NCBI GenBank assembly: GCA_905178155.1
Contig: CAJINV010000022.1
Span: 641,073-705,072 of the forward strand
Origin: Amoebophrya sp. A120
Lineage: Eukaryota > Protista > Dinoflagellata
Direction of reading: 5' to 3'
Length of the DNA: 64,000 nt
In this document: positions 61,472 to 64,000 of the stretch, one piece after another
Numbering within the stretch: position 1 is the first letter of the stretch
How the letters are laid out: each line of letters starts with the position of its first letter
Position numbers and translations under genes: made by a program
Notes under the pieces: model-generated
What the model was told of the DNA's origin: nothing
Seen by the model: the letters and a program-made list of their open reading frames with translations, nothing else
Databases searched by the model: none

Positions 61472-64000
61472 CATGCCGCGGGAAGAGATCGAGAATCCTC
61501 CCCGGAAGAGTTGGAGAAATCTCGCCGAAAGAGATCGAGAAACCTCGCCGGAAGAGATCGAGACACGACGCGCGAAGAGCTCGAGAACTCTCGCCGGAAG
61601 CGATCGAGTGATCGAGTGAGAAATCTCGCCGGAAGAGATCCAGCAATCTCGCCGGAAGAGATCGAGAAATCTCGCCGGAAGAGATCGAGACACGACGAGG
61701 GAAGAGATCGAGAGTTCTCGCCGAAAGAGGTGGAGCAAGGTCGCCGGAGGAGATCGAGAATTCTCGCCGGAAGAGATCGAGAAATCTCGCCGGAAGAGAT
61801 CGAGACATGACGCGGGAAGAGATCGAGAATTCTCGCCGGAAGAGATCGAGAAATCTCGCCGGAAGAGATCGAGACATGACGCGGGAAGAGATCGAGAATT
61901 CTCGCCGGAAGAGATCGAGAAATCTCGCCGGAAGAGATCGAGACATGACGCGGGAAGAGATCGAGAATTCTCGCCGGAAGAGATCGAGAAATCTCGCCGG
62001 AAGAGATCGAGACATGACGCGGGAAGAGATCGAGAATTCTCGCCGGAAGAGATCGAGAAATCTCGCCGGAAGAGATCGAGACATGACGCGGGAAGAGATC
62101 GAGAATTCTCGCCGGAAGAGATCGAGAAATCTCGCCGGAAGAGATCGAGACATGACGCGGGAAGAGATCGAGAATTCTCGCCGGAAGAGATCGAGAAATC
62201 TCGCCGGAAGAGATCGAGACATGACGCGGGAAGAGATCGAGAATTCTCGCCGGAAGAGATCGAGAAATCTCGCCGGAAGAGATCGAGACATGACGCGGGA
62301 AGAGATCGAGAATTCTCGCCGGAAGAGATCGAGAAATCTCGCCGGAAGAGATCGAGACATGACGCGGGAAGAGATCGAGAATTCTCGCCGGAAGAGATCG
62401 AGAAATCTCGCCGGAAGAGATCGAGACATGACGCGGGAAGAGATCGAGAATTCTCGCCGGAAGAGATCGAGAAATCTCGCCGGAAGAGATCGAGACATGA
62501 CGCGGGAAGAGATCGAGAATTCTCGCCGGAAGAGATCGAGAAATCTCGCCGGAAGAGATCGAGACATGACGCGGGAAGAGATCGAGAATTCTCGCCGGAA
62601 GAGATCGAGAAATCTCGCCGGAAGAGATCGAGACATGACGCGGGAAGAGATCGAGAATTCTCGCCGGAAGAGATCGAGAAATCTCGCCGGAAGAGATCGA
62701 GACATGACGCGGGAAGAGATCGAGAATTCTCGCCGGAAGAGATCGAGAAATCTCGCCGGAAGAGATCGAGACATGACGCGGGAAGAGATCGAGAATTCTC
62801 GCCGGAAGAGATCGAGAAATCTCGCCGGAAGAGATCGAGACATGACGCGGGAAGAGATCGAGAATTCTCGCCGGAAGAGATCGAGAAATCTCGCCGGAAG
62901 AGATCGAGACATGACGCGGGAAGAGATCGAGAATTCTCGCCGGAAGAGATCGAGAAATCTCGCCGGAAGAGATCGAGACATGACGCGGGAAGAGATCGAG
63001 AATTCTCGCCGGAAGAGATCGAGAAATCTCGCCGGAAGAGATCGAGACATGACGCGGGAAGAGATCGAGAATTCTCGCCGGAAGAGATCGAGAAATCTCG
63101 CCGGAAGAGATCGAGACATGACGCGGGAAGAGATCGAGAATTCTCGCCGGAAGAGATCGAGAAATCTCGCCGGAAGAGATCGAGACATGACGCGGGAAGA
63201 GATCGAGAATTCTCGCCGGAAGAGATCGAGAAATCTCGCCGGAAGAGATCGAGACATGACGCGGGAAGAGATCGAGAATTCTCGCCGGAAGAGATCGAGA
63301 AATCTCGCCGGAAGAGATCGAGACATGACGCGGGAAGAGATCGAGAATTCTCGCCGGAAGAGATCGAGAAATCTCGCCGGAAGAGATCGAGACATGACGC
63401 GGGAAGAGATCGAGAATTCTCGCCGGAAGAGATCGAGAAATCTCGCCGGAAGAGATCGAGACATGACGCGGGAAGAGATCGAGAATTCTCGCCGGAAGAG
63501 ATCGAGAAATCTCGCCGGAAGAGATCGAGACATGACGCGGGAAGAGATCGAGAATTCTCGCCGGAAGAGATCGAGAAATCTCGCCGGAAGAGATCGAGAC
63601 ATGACGCGGGAAGAGATCGAGAATTCTCGCCGGAAGAGATCGAGAAATCTCGCCGGAAGAGATCGAGACATGACGCGGGAAGAGATCGAGAATTCTCGCC
63701 GGAAGAGATCGAGAAATCTCGCCGGAAGAGATCGAGACATGACGCGGGAAGAGATCGAGAATTCTCGCCGGAAGAGATCGAGAAATCTCGCCGGAAGAGA
63801 TCGAGACATGACGCGGGAAGAGATCGAGAATTCTCGCCGGAAGAGATCGAGAAATCTCGCCGGAAGAGATCGAGACATGACGCGGGAAGAGATCGAGAAT
63901 TCTCGCCGGAAGAGATCGAGAAATCTCGCCGGAAGAGATCGAGACATGACGCGGGAAGAGATCGAGAATTCTCGCCGGAAGAGATCGAGAAATCTCGCCG
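61472..64000. repeat. Satellite with a 69-bp higher-order unit of three 23-bp monomers; ~32 apparently identical copies, running off the window
   Basis: Unit GGGAAGAGATCGAGAATTCTCGC-CGGAAGAGATCGAGAAATCTCGC-CGGAAGAGATCGAGACATGACGC; degenerate monomers at 61472-61750. Confidence 0.97.

Noticed and set aside
61365-63947. 860-aa minus-strand ORF
   Set aside because: It is the translation of a 69-bp perfect satellite with no synonymous variation; an open frame is expected by chance for a unit divisible by 3.

Overview
Eukaryotic nuclear DNA, most likely from a parasitic dinoflagellate (Syndiniales, Amoebophrya-like). That assignment is inferred from the intron style, not from a database hit. Six + strand genes (a USP/C19 deubiquitinase, two paralogues of a signal-peptide protein, and others of unknown function) are broken up by about 70 short repeated elements (~145-330 bp) in at least 7 families. 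All share 5'-TAT...ATA-3' termini, terminal inverted repeats (TIRs), a 5-bp target-site duplication (TSD) and an internal TTGTnATGC/GCATnACAA motif. Where TSDs are intact, removing the element plus one TSD copy restores the reading frame, so they behave as non-GT-AG introners. Main finding: an 11,739-bp element (23089-34827) with the same end grammar (TAT...ATA, GTTCA TSD, ~150-bp imperfect TIR carrying the same motif). It encodes a large multi-exon protein with a divergent pogo/Tc1-mariner-like D..D..D triad, a tandem PD-(D/E)XK-like nuclease, and a protein with a histone-H1/DVNP-like basic tail. It is a candidate autonomous member of the transposon class that makes these introns. The window also has a 4.5-kb Helitron-like insert nested in one introner and ends in a homogeneous 69-bp (3x23) satellite.
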